Source of the DNA: Bugula neritina
Lineage: Eukaryota; Animalia; Bryozoa
DNA: 64,000 bases
Assembly (NCBI GenBank): GCA_964035545.1
Contig: OZ037767.1
Coordinates: forward strand, 5,720,707-5,784,706
Reading direction: 5' to 3'
Shown here one piece after another: positions 1-11,373 of this stretch; the first letter of the stretch is position 1; each line of letters starts with the position of its first letter. The position numbers were made by a program, and so were the translations under genes. Below the pieces are notes generated by a model. That model was given only the letters and a program-made list of their open reading frames with translations, did not search any database and was not told the origin of the DNA.

Positions 1-658
1 CTAATGATAAGTGAAATAGTAAGATTGACAATGCTGTGTATGCTGATTTATCATGTGTACCTGCGTTTGCCTTAGTCTTAGCTCATAGTTACCCCAACCG
101 CATACACAATACACAATCTGGATTATGTTACAGTGCTAATAGTGGTTTGCAGTCATGTTAGCTGAAGGACATTAGTGTGACTATAAGAACTTGTGGTATA
201 AGATTCAGTTTTCTTCACTTCTAAACTGACTTGATACTCTCCTAGCAATAGACTACTGCATTGTAATACAACGTGTAAAGTAATGAGCTCTAATAGCCTC
301 ATGAACCTCAACAAATATAAATATACCTTTCTGGGTGGTTAGAAGGTTGACCCTCTGTTCAGAAAATAAGATTCCAGCTAAGTTTATGGTGCTTAACAGC
401 ATTAAACCATTTATTATAGTTGAGAGCAAAAATTACTTCATAATGTAATCATTATTAATGGAGTGAAACTTATAATTGATGAATTTAATTCCCTTTTAAT
501 TACCTACAAGTATAATGACTGCTATAGCCAGAGATGTTGTGTACAAGTATGCTTATGTACTTACATATGTGTATACACTGATTGTACATCATTATACGTA
601 CATGTATTTCAGATGCCACACGTAAATTGCCACTATACTTGAAACATAAAAATGAAAT

Positions 659-842
659 TGATATTTAATATCATGATATATTGGTATAATATTATGATAT
701 ATTGATACGGTATTATGATATATTGATATGGTATTATGATATATTAAAATAATATTATTATTATGTATTGACATAATAATATGATATACTGATATACTAT
801 TATGATATATTGAAATACTATTATGATAATATATTGATATAT
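659..842. repeat. Intronic ~21-bp AT-rich minisatellite (ATTATGATATATTGATA-like unit)
   Basis: Repeated ATTATGATATATTG units; the paralogous site at ~14640-14700 has fewer units. Confidence 0.75.
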
Positions 843-857
843 AATTTTTACCTGCAG

Positions 858-3800
858 ATCAGATAAAGAGGCTGCCAGTAGATGGTATTACTGGAAGTTG
901 AAGCCTGAGGATGTGACTCCAGGCACGAAATTGTTTGTGTGGTTCAGCTACTGTCTCCACAACCTGTCAGTCTGGCTGGTGCTCTATCTCCAGCATAAGC
1001 AGAAGGTTTGTCACAGAAGTAGCTACATTGGGGAGATAACTTCCATATAACTGTACAAAACGTGTTATACAAAATACAAGTGCAGGTCAAAATCAATGCA
1101 CTTAGTCATATCTACTGACATGTAGAAAGCAATAAATCAGACTTGAGACTCCTTAAACATTAAAACAGGTTGAATTAACTAATGCAATTGAGTACAACAT
1201 CATAGGTTTAAGCTGGTAAATTTGATTTTAATTTAATTTCAAATTGATTTTAATTTAATTTTAAATTGATTTTAATTGCTATTCCAAATGTTCAAGGGGA
1301 TCTATCTAATTCAATCATCAATTATTCAAGCCGGTTTTAAACCAAGATATTATTTTTAAACATTTTTTTTCAATGATAGCCTGGGCTTCTTGTAATTTAG
1401 TACTAATGATGAGCAATGTTTGCTTTTTAGAGCTTTTCTGACGTGAACGGAAAATATGAGAAGAAATATTCTAATACACCAGATAAATATAATCTGATAC
1501 TCTTTGGTTTAAACGTCTTCTTTCATCTCCTGCATCTGCTGAACACTCACACCACGTACGATGGTACGGCTGCTGATACTAGCGAGGCCAGTTCTCAAAG
1601 TGAGTCAGTTTTTTCGTTTTGAAAATGAGTCATGCCGGTTACTTACATGCTCAAAGTGACTCAGCTACTTACATTCGCAGAGTGAGTTTTTGAGTCCATG
1701 CGAATGTTTTGCAACTATTATTTTTTAAAAATATGTCTGTACAAATTGTTATGAAATTATTTAATTTATAATTCTGAAGCCTAAATGAGTTAATATTTCT
1801 TTCATGAAAACTCGTTGTTTGGCTTTTTGAAATGATCTATTGTTTGACAACAGGTAGCATTTCTGGTCATATACCATATTCGTGTGCTGCAATCACGATA
1901 GTTGTTAAAATAATGATAAGATTAGCTGCCTTTGCACTTTTCTGCACAAAGTTAGCTTACTTCTGGATGTTTCATTTATTTTTAGATGTCATTTTATAAT
2001 AGATTGCTTAGCAATTGTAATAGATGGATGCTATCAGAAGAATTTTCGTAAAAAGTTAGGAGCATTTGTCACATGAGTGTAATTAGTTTCTGTGCACTAA
2101 GTCAATTATTTACAATCACAGCTAGTGCAATATTTTTAGTTTGATATAATTTATGTTCATACCAACAAATAAAATCTTTATAGCTTGACATTTCTGTCAT
2201 AATTATATAGCTATATTATGCAGTGTTATATATAATAATAACGTGCTTATTAAATCTTTTTTCTCTTTTGTAGGTTCCGTAATTGTAGCTCTAATAATCA
2301 TGCTCTTTATTGAGTTTAAAGACAGAGGGGTGGTATTTGGTTACCCGTCCCCTTATCAGCTAAGAAAATATCAAGATTCTGTTTGGATGAGTCCTGTCTA
2401 TATTTTAAGAAAGTACCACGGATATTTCATCTACTGGGCGGCCATATTTACTTTCTGGTACCACCCAATGGAAAATACCTTCGGACATGCATTTGGCTTC
2501 GCACATACTTGGTTTTTTATGCTGCAGGGTAAGTTATGACTTTTAGTTTTGTTTTAATTACTAAATCATAGAGAATAATATTCAAAGAGAAAATATTAGC
2601 AAATTCTTTGATTGTTATTGTAAATTTAATTGAGAATAAAGAATAACACTAATTACTTTACGATACCTGTAAGTTAAACAGAAGTAATTAAGAATAAATC
2701 TATGATCTATTAAAACAAATTATCTCTATAAAGGATTATTTTATATAGGATATAGCATAATATAATAATATAGCTATGTATAATATCTTATTATAACATA
2801 TTTATCTATAACTGCATATTATGTTATAATACAGGCAGCCTAACGTTCACTAACCTACATCTGAACAAGTACTGGAGGTTCACACTGGAGGTTTGGGTCA
2901 CCATACACTCTGGAGTGGTGGCGGTACAAACTGTGCCCAATATCATGGGTAAAGAAATCTGGCCTATGTTTGTCTTTGGCTTTTCTATGGCTATCATCCT
3001 CACACAGGTATGTGGAGAACATAACTCCTCGTACATTACGTTGAAATTCAACTGATAGTAGTAATGCATTGAAATGTCAAATATAACAAAATGTACCAAT
3101 TTTGTTACTTCAAATTTTATTTCATGTTTAGGTTATAGCATTTTGTAATAGTAATTGCACACATACCATTTTCTAAAAATGAGTAAACATTTAAAACTGA
3201 GTTGAAAAATTGACATATTTTCGCATCTAGTATTTTAATTTATTTTCACTAATTTTATGTACCTATGTCTACTTTACTATGATATAGCCAATCATGCTGT
3301 TTGTCTATCAAATACTTGCTAATAAAACCTGTATGCTAAAACTTGTATCAATGGTTTAGTTGATCTCAGTCTGATAACAAATTAATTGACCAATCACCGT
3401 AGTTCACAGGCTATTTATTCCTTTCAGTGCCGTGCTAAAATTTCATGTTTATAATTATATTGTGATATGTTTTAGCTATATGGGCTGCCATTTTGGAAGA
3501 ATATCCCATCCTGGACTAGAGCAATCCCAGTTGCTGTATACACCATAATTGTAGTCACATCCTACAGTTTCATACGAGACGTACAGGGAAGGCCATTTAC
3601 CAGACTCCAGGAAATAATTAGAATTCCCGGAATATACTATTTGATTCTCCTCATTGGCTGGTTGATAATTGTTGCAATTGCTAAGCTACAAAGAATATTT
3701 GCTGCTAAGAGCATCTCTAGCTCAAAGGAGGGAATCAACAAGCAAGAGAGCAAGGAAGGGGCACCGGCTCCCCTTCCCCGCTGGAAAGAGGTGTTGGTTT

Positions 3801-3994
3801 TGCTGGCTACTGTGACAACTTACGCAGTTTCAGTGTTTCTATCTTGGATTTTTGAGTATATTGACCTTAAAGTTAACTTAATTGTTTTGACAATGATTTA
3901 TTGCTTTAGCTTCACTCTTATCTCTGCTGTTTTTGGCTCATTCCTTCTTAAGATGGTAATTCCTCTTCGAAGGGTTCGGCCATCTTCAAGTTAA
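858..3994 (+). CDS. His-rich polytopic membrane protein of unknown function, tandem copy 1 (5' exons lie upstream of the window). Exons 858-1005, 1431-1599, 2274-2528, 2835-3007, 3476-3994
   Basis: Five GT-AG exons in continuous phase, each the same length as its copy 2 counterpart. Motifs WYYWKL, HLLHLLNTHTTYDG, RKYHGY, TFWYHPME, GHAFGF, LQGSLTFT, WPMFVFGF; many hydrophobic segments; stop TAA at 3992-3994. Confidence 0.9.
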
Positions 3995-5501
3995 AGCGTT
4001 ATTTTAATTCCACTCATGCTATCTAAATACTATAGTTCTATTATAATGTATATAATATATATTTCATATATTTTTTATTGTGATACATAATTACCTTTCA
4101 TTTCGCTGGTATTGCCAAACATTTAATGCATCGTGATAGATGTTATTTTATGAGCCACACTTGTATAATAATTATTCAACTCTTTTTTAAAAACCGTACC
4201 ATACAAAAATGAGTGCTGTGCATGTTATACTTATTTTATTTTTCTAGACACTTACTGTAGTCTATAATATGTGTGATAGCCAAGTAAAAGTTATACACAA
4301 TGTCAAGCAAGAAAATGTAATGATCAACTTTGCTCAATCACTTAGTGTGAAATATCATATATAATTTCTTTTTTTGTAATAAATGAATAAAACTAACTAT
4401 TATAAAGCCTAATTCTTTGAATGCCTTCCTTATTTTATGATGTATACCAAAGCCTAGTTTAACGCAAAAAGTGTCAATGACTCATTTTCTGAAAAATTAT
4501 GTAATGACTGTTTTTTTTCAAAGCTGTTAAACTTATTTCCTGTAAGAGAATTTGAAGATTCCTCTCTTAAAAATGCAAGTTAGAGATACTTATAATATAT
4601 AATAGTGGGTGATGTCAACCCTTTCCAAAACAGGTCGAATGCAGTACAATATGAAAAAGCAAATATACTACAGAAAGCCAATACAGCAGTTGTGGGAGAA
4701 GCAATTCAATGAGGTGAATTGGTTTATATTTCTTCTTGATATGGCTTTTATATGATGAAGCTTATTCCTTTTGGTTCGTGACTGGTTGTATTACCTACTG
4801 TATATTATATATATTACTGTGTACACCATTGCCTAGACCAACTTTACTAAATATTCTTTGACATTCTCTTATCTTTAAAAAGACACCTAAATGGTTATTA
4901 ATAGAAGTTGTTTCCTCTTAAATACTACCATTATTGCAGTACTGCTTATAATGGATGGTATAGAGTAACTTCTTTTGCATAAACTATAATATCATGAAAT
5001 AGTACATGCATATTTGCTCAGCTACACTTATGCAAGAAAGTAGACAACTCCAATTATACTGGCTGACCTATGACGTAGTCATTAGCGAAGGCTGGTCAAC
5101 TATAGCTATATTAATACAAGCAAGCAATCCATAGTCCGAAGTATCATTAATTATCAGTTGGTGCTAAATGAGACATGTCAACACCTTCATAAAGCTGCAA
5201 GGCTCTGTTAGCTTCAATAGCTGCAGTAAGTGTAGAGTAAGTATCTAGTAAATGTAATACTATTCATAGCTTAGTGCAGCTAAAAATAACTGTAAGTATC
5301 GTAATATTACTGTACAAAAGGGGTAAACACGTACAGGTTATATTTACAATGGTAGCTGTGAGCTATCGTTCCAACTATGATATTCATTATAAAGCAATGA
5401 ATATATTATTATAGTAGCAGTACTAGTTGTATTGCAAGTGGCTGTCGTAGGTACTCCCTAAACTTGAACATCACTGTGATGTGTAGCCATGTAGGTCTTG
5501 G

Positions 5502-5577
5502 TAACTGCAGGTCCAGGTAGCTACCTGGACCTGCAGTTATTTGGACCTGTAACTACCTGGACCAGGTAGTTACAGGT
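5502..5577. repeat. Two adjacent palindromes: a perfect 38-bp palindrome (5502-5539) and 16-bp arms with a 1-nt spacer (5545-5577)
   Basis: TAACTGCAGGTCCAGGTAG|CTACCTGGACCTGCAGTTA and ACCTGTAACTACCTGG-A-CCAGGTAGTTACAGGT, read directly from the sequence. Confidence 0.92.
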
Positions 5578-5981
5578 TCATGCAACTGTGAAATTCTGAA
5601 TAGAAAGGATATGGGAGCAGGAATTTTGTTATACACAACTGATGTAAAGCGCTAACAATCCTGTTATTAGTTAGTAATGTTGGCTACATTGTTATCAACT
5701 ACATAATTATATTATATAACATGCATACTATATAGGGGAATGTGACTGATAAGTTACCTGACCCAGACAGCTATTGGCTCATGCAACTGTGAAACTTTGA
5801 GTAGAAAGGATGGGAATTTGTAGTTCTGTTATGTGCAATTGATATAACGGGCAAACAATCCTGTTATTAGTTAGTAATGTTGACTACATTACTATCAACT
5901 ACATAATATATAACATGCATATCATATAGGCCCTAAGCGAATGTGACATATAATAATGTTGTTGCAGAACACACAGACACC

Positions 5982-6340
5982 ATGAAAAAGATAATCTTGT
6001 CCAGCATTCAGCAGTCAGTGAAATCGAGAGCTGTTACCCCTATACGCCAAGCTAGCTCTCTGGTAGGCTGATATTATTTCGCATGCGCCATTTTAAATGA
6101 TGGAAGTAGTGATTGCATTTTGCCATTTGCTTGCAAGACCGATTCTTCAAAATCATTTTGCTTATAGTAATCTTATCTGATGCTCATGCTATTATACCAG
6201 TTACTAAGTTCAGAATGATGGTATCACAAATCTTGCATGAAAATAATTTACATTTTTCTAAACTAACAACTGTTGTAGCCTGAAGGTGTAAACTCTAGAG
6301 GAAGCATTGCTGCTCTATTTACCCTCTTTAAAGACAATGG
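5982..6340 (+). pseudogene. Orphan 5' fragment (coding exons 1-2: 5982-6062, 6279-6340) of the NPL-like aldolase gene
   Basis: Encodes MKKIILSSIQQSVKSRAVTPIRQASSL|PEGVNSRGSIAALFTLFKDNG, paralogous to 20088-20415. Splice sites are intact, but no copy of exon 3 onward was seen before the next gene. Confidence 0.85.
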
Positions 6341-6463
6341 GTGAGTAAGCAATAGAATACAAGCTTTCTACTAATAGTTTCACTATGCTGCTGTACTATA
6401 TATACTGAATATTGGACGTTACTATTTATCTATGCCCAGCGTTTACCATCCATGACAAAGAAA

Positions 6464-6466
<3 letters not shown>

Positions 6467-6517
<51 letters not shown>
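6467..6517. repeat. (TA)n microsatellite
   Basis: Uninterrupted AT dinucleotide run. Confidence 0.95.
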
Positions 6518-6519
<2 letters not shown>

Positions 6520-8428
6520 GTATAGAAGCTAAGCTGCTTAAAAACTGCTCCAACCCACTTTTATGTACCAGTAATATAGACTACATGGGTTATTGGTGCA
6601 TACTAACAAATTCTAGAAGTAAACTTTTTGACAAGCATATACTTGTTTGTGTGGCCTATAATGTATGTAGATTTAAATTGTATAAACCAATAGACCCTTT
6701 TAACATACTCCTCCAGGGGCTTTAATAATTTGAAGTTGTCTCCTCCCACCCGGTACATGGGAGATTCTCTATGATATATAGAAAGTCATAAAATCAGGAG
6801 AAATTTAAGGTTTGTGTAAAGACTATTGCTAGCATAAGTTTCTTCTTTCTTGAGATAAATATTTTGGCCTAAGCGTACATTACAATACATTACAGCACAA
6901 TACAAACTGGGGTTCGAAATCAAAGTGAATTTGACGGTGTGAATATCCGAGCAACTATCACTATGATATTGATTATGTTGAATTAAGAATTCAAGATTGT
7001 GTACAGAAAATCCATCTCTATAAAAAACTGATTGATTATGGTAAATAACTGATTTAAAGACAAAATTGATATGATATTGTGTATAAACATCAAAATTGTA
7101 ATATAATTGAGCAGCTGATTATAACAAGACATTGGGTGCAAGTCATCATATATAGTACATTGTTATATAATATGAGCTTATGAACAGCAATTTTAGAGCT
7201 TTTTATAACATTTCATATACATATGTTCATCTTTTACATTTTGATTTTGCACATGGGTAGGGTCTAGGACCTAGGTGCATAGATTTGGAAAATGTCTATA
7301 CTCTTGTATGTGGTTATAAGCATAAACTCCCTCCTATAATTCTTCAAATTTAGTTCCAATAATTCTTTGACTGTTACATTACATAAGCCATGCATTTTGC
7401 TCAACAGGCCTGCCAGTGTTAAGATCCTAGGACCTTATAAATGCAATCAGGGCTCTTTGAGCTTTGTTATTGTGTGCTAAGTGGATGATTGCGATTATTA
7501 ACATAGGTCAGCTAAGCCTATTAGAGGTTAGCAAATGATGCGCTGCTTAGATGCGGTAGGCTATGGTACAATACGTGCGATTGCATATAACCTTAACACG
7601 ATCACGATGACAACGTTCCAGTGCACTGCTTAGATAAGATTGATGAAAATTTAATCTAGATCCTTATTGATCAGGATATTTAGGAAACTTTTGAGGTAAT
7701 GCTTAGCCTAATAACAGATGACTTAATATTTATTGCATCTGCATGCTGTTCTCTTGTTTACATTTAAATAAATCAATTTCTCTGTCACATAATATATAGA
7801 AGCCATTATTAGATTATACTTCTCAAGCGTTAGAATTGAAGTCATTCAAATATATAATTCATTAATTTCAAGCAGTTAATGTAAGCAATGTTAAACATAC
7901 AATTACATTACTATTACTAATATTTAAATAATATTAATACGGCATATTCCTGTAAGCTAAAGCTATTAAAGTTTGAAGTATACTATTATTAAACTGCTAT
8001 AACTATAAATTACAATTACAATATTCATTTGCTTTTTAGTTATTATTACTGTCTTGTTTACACTTCTAACTATAACAGATCATTTTTTGTTTAACTAGAG
8101 GTTTGAGATAATTTGCTACAATGAAGCTTTGGGTAAATTTGGTTTGGATCAAAGTAATAATAATGTACTTATTTTCTATTCCATGTCATATTATTTGAAC
8201 TAGTTTGATGTTTGTGCATGTGAAAATTATGCTAGCAATTTTCATATGCCAGTTATAAATTGCTTAGAATTTAAAATATTTGGTCTTAAATAAAGTTAAA
8301 ATTCGAAGATGGAAAATCCCAAGTTTTATTACAAAAACACTGTTTCAAGTCTTTTGCATGTGTTCTTATGTTAACAGGGTTGAATGGTATATAACTGGCT
8401 GGTCCGTGACCCCACCTTTCTACTATAT

Positions 8429-10101
8429 CAGTGGTTCCCAAACTGAGGGGAATTCCCCCTAGAGGAGAATTTGGACATTTTAGGGGGGATTTAAACTTTG
8501 AAAAGTTCACAAAGTTTAATAAAGGCTTTTTGAGCTCTTGCAAGTTACATGTATATGTATATCTATAAACCTTTATCTTAGCTCATTTATTTAACCAAAC
8601 TATATTCTGCAAACTCAGTTTAATTTTACAAGAATATGTTTATTAATTACTTTACCCTAACTGCTTTCTGCGCTACTTGGAATGGAGGTCAAAAAGTTTG
8701 CAAAAACCAACAGGCCAACTGTTATCAGCCATGCAAGTCAATCTCTATAAACTGTATACTACGTATACCTTGTAAATTATATGTTTGCTCTACTAAATAA
8801 TCTGAAACTAAAAATACATGAGTGCAATCATCATTTCATTGCTTTTCATAGCAGCACCAATGTTTTTACAGTTGCACTAAAGTTACACTAAACATGGTGT
8901 CTTTCCCTACACTCAACGAACTTTTATAAGAGAAGAACCTGTTTTGATTCTAAGTAAAAATGACACAGGTAAAAGTTGCACACTGGTGTTGAAATTTTTC
9001 CAAAACCCAAATCTCCAAACTCATAACTCCCAGCCTATGCAAATCTTCAATCTTAATATTGAAAATGTGCCATTTTTACCTAATTTTCCATTTGTGCCAT
9101 ATTACTTGTGCCAATTTTATCGGACACTACCTGTTCCAGATCATTTTTGAGAAAAAAAATTCTGGGCATCTCTCTCTACTCTTGATGAAGCTTTAACGGT
9201 ATTTCCCTGAGCTACCCCCTCAAAAAGAAAGAGCTAGATTCTTAACTTGAGATGTGACCCATTGCAACGCTTTGTTGAAAAAATTTCAGAGGAATTACAG
9301 GAGGATTCCGTTAAATTGGTTCACAATTTAGCAATGAAGAGTGGTTTGAAATTTTTTCCAATTGATGTAAATTGTGGGTGGTGTCCAGTAAAAATGGCAC
9401 AAGTAATAATGGCACAGATGAAAATGCAGGCAAAAGTGGCACATTTTAAATATTGGGTTGGGGGTTTGGAGTTTGGATATGGGGTTTGAGGTGAGGATTA
9501 TGGGTTTTTATTTTGAGTATGGGGTTTGGGGTTTGGTATTTAAGGGGGGGGTGGTTTGAGTTAGGAGGTGGGGTTTTAGGGTGCAAGAGTTGGGAGTTTG
9601 AGGTGAAGAGTTTGGGGTTTGAGTTTGGGAAAATTTTACATTAGCGTGCCATTTCTACCTAAAATCATTCTGGGTTGCAACAAGTGACCCACACATAGCT
9701 GACAAAGCAGAGTTTTGATGCCATCCAACACCACCTATATGTGTGAGGTAGGATTCTCATCAATTCAATGTAAAAAGAAACTGCCTTAACCCACAGGGTG
9801 CCTTAAAATGGGCCTGGTCAGAAACAGAGCCAGGTCTAAGCAAGCTTGCACAAAATAATCAACTGCAGCCATAACATTAATCACTGAACTACTCTGTGTT
9901 TTATAACATAGTAATAAATATATCATAAATAGTAAAATAATTATGTTATATGCAAATATAATATAACAAAATACATTGCATTGTATCATATATAATTATC
10001 ATTATTTCAGTCATACAATTTTTTTGGTTTTCGAAAGGCGGAATCAATAGTCAACATTTACAAAGAAGGGGGAATAGTATGAAAAAGGTTGAGAACCACT
10101 G
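8429..10101. mobile_element. Non-autonomous hAT (Charlie/MER5-like) DNA transposon
   Basis: Terminal inverted repeats CAGTGGTTCCCAAAC... and ...GGTTGAGAACCACTG; 8-bp flanks TACTATAT (8421-8428) and CACTATAT (10102-10109) match at 7/8 as a TSD; no transposase ORF. Confidence 0.85.
8946..9665. mobile_element. Two inverted copies of a small MITE-like element nested in the hAT element (~8946-9131 and ~9378-9665)
   Basis: GGTGGTGTCCAGTAAAAATGGCACAAGTAAT...GGCACA...GTGCCATTTCTACCTA (right) is approximately the reverse complement of the left copy ending TGTGCCAATTTTATCGGACACTACC; internal GGGGTTT-rich tract. Confidence 0.7.
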
Positions 10102-10200
10102 CACTATATCCCCCTGTTCACACATTGCCGCGCGTAGCCGTAACAGCATAAACAAAATGGCGCAGCTGTTATGTTTTGTCAACAGGCGTTCACGCACTAT

Positions 10201-10647
10201 AGTTGCGTTTATACCTCTGCTGAAAAAAGTAGCGAGTTTAAGTTAATAATGCTTGTCCGGGTACCCCTTTATAGTCAAACTGAAACTCGTTGAAATCATA
10301 TTGATGCGGTTGCTCACTTTCTGAAATTGAAATTTGACTCGCATAATAGCTATTTGATGCCCTTTGTAAACGTCGTGAATTAGTGAATCAGATAGCATAA
10401 AGGCGATAATTGAGAAGGCGTAGGCTATATAATTATAACCGTATAAGTACGTTGTCTAATCGCCAAAGTAATAACTAAATAACGATGTTTACAAGGAGTT
10501 ATTACTCCTATTCTAAAATTGGCCGATTAAGTTATCACAGTACAAAAATTTCAACGGGTGGCTTTTACAATGCAATGCAACTCGGAGAAATTTCAACCCG
10601 GCCAAATTGAAATTTTGACCGGAAATCGTAAAGGTATAAACGCAACT
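10201..10647. mobile_element. MITE with 16-bp perfect TIRs (possibly PIF/Harbinger-type)
   Basis: AGTTGCGTTTATACCT (10201-10216) and AGGTATAAACGCAACT (10632-10647); TA-rich 3-bp flanks (TAT / TAA), an imperfect TSD. Confidence 0.75.
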
Positions 10648-11373
10648 TAACAAAAAGGACAACGCATAACGTTGAGCTGTGACCAATCATAATAAGGCTA
10701 ACTTCTGTCTGTGGTGACTTAAACGCCTTTGGATATTATTCACAAATTTGTTGCAACATTCTTCTCAAAAGATATGATAGCAATGTCATTGACTAGATAA
10801 AAGCAATTAAAAGAAGAACGCTTTCTTTTAAGTATATGTGTCCATAAAATAATTGTGCAAAATAATTGATAAAGATTTTTTAACCTTTTAAAACTTTTGA
10901 ATTGGTTAAATTAAATCAACAATAAGCGATTAAAATAAACTAGCAAAATGTTCTTTAAATTTTAGTGCCAGATCAACTCTACCCAATGTAATTTTTTGAA
11001 TCAAGCACTGCTTGATCAACAGCGTATACCGGGTACAATTCAGCCCGCATGTTATCAAAGATGGTGGGCATTTTCTGTTACGTTGCACGGTATGGCAATG
11101 TGTGAAAAAGGGGTTTAGACTAATAACCCCCAGTCTTTGTTGTTATATTCAATATTTCAATCAGAATTTTAGTGACAGTAAGTACTTGATTTAATGATTG
11201 ACATTATTACAAGTCAACCTGCAGGGTCTATAAAAATATAGGTAATTATTTATCTAGTTTTCAATTCTCAAACCATTTCTGGAGATACTAGAATGTTCAC
11301 TCACCCATGATTAATTGAAATGCCATCTTGGGTCAGGGTATATAAACTATAAAAATACCACTTCTCTTTTCAG

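Noticed and set aside
2824-3099. Minus-strand ORF conserved at 16642-16869
   Set aside because: Antisense shadow of the duplicated plus-strand exon; its conservation is explained by that exon.
9480-9630. Telomere-like or G-quadruplex GGGGTTT tract
   Set aside because: It is an irregular internal sequence of the nested MITE-like element, not a telomeric array.
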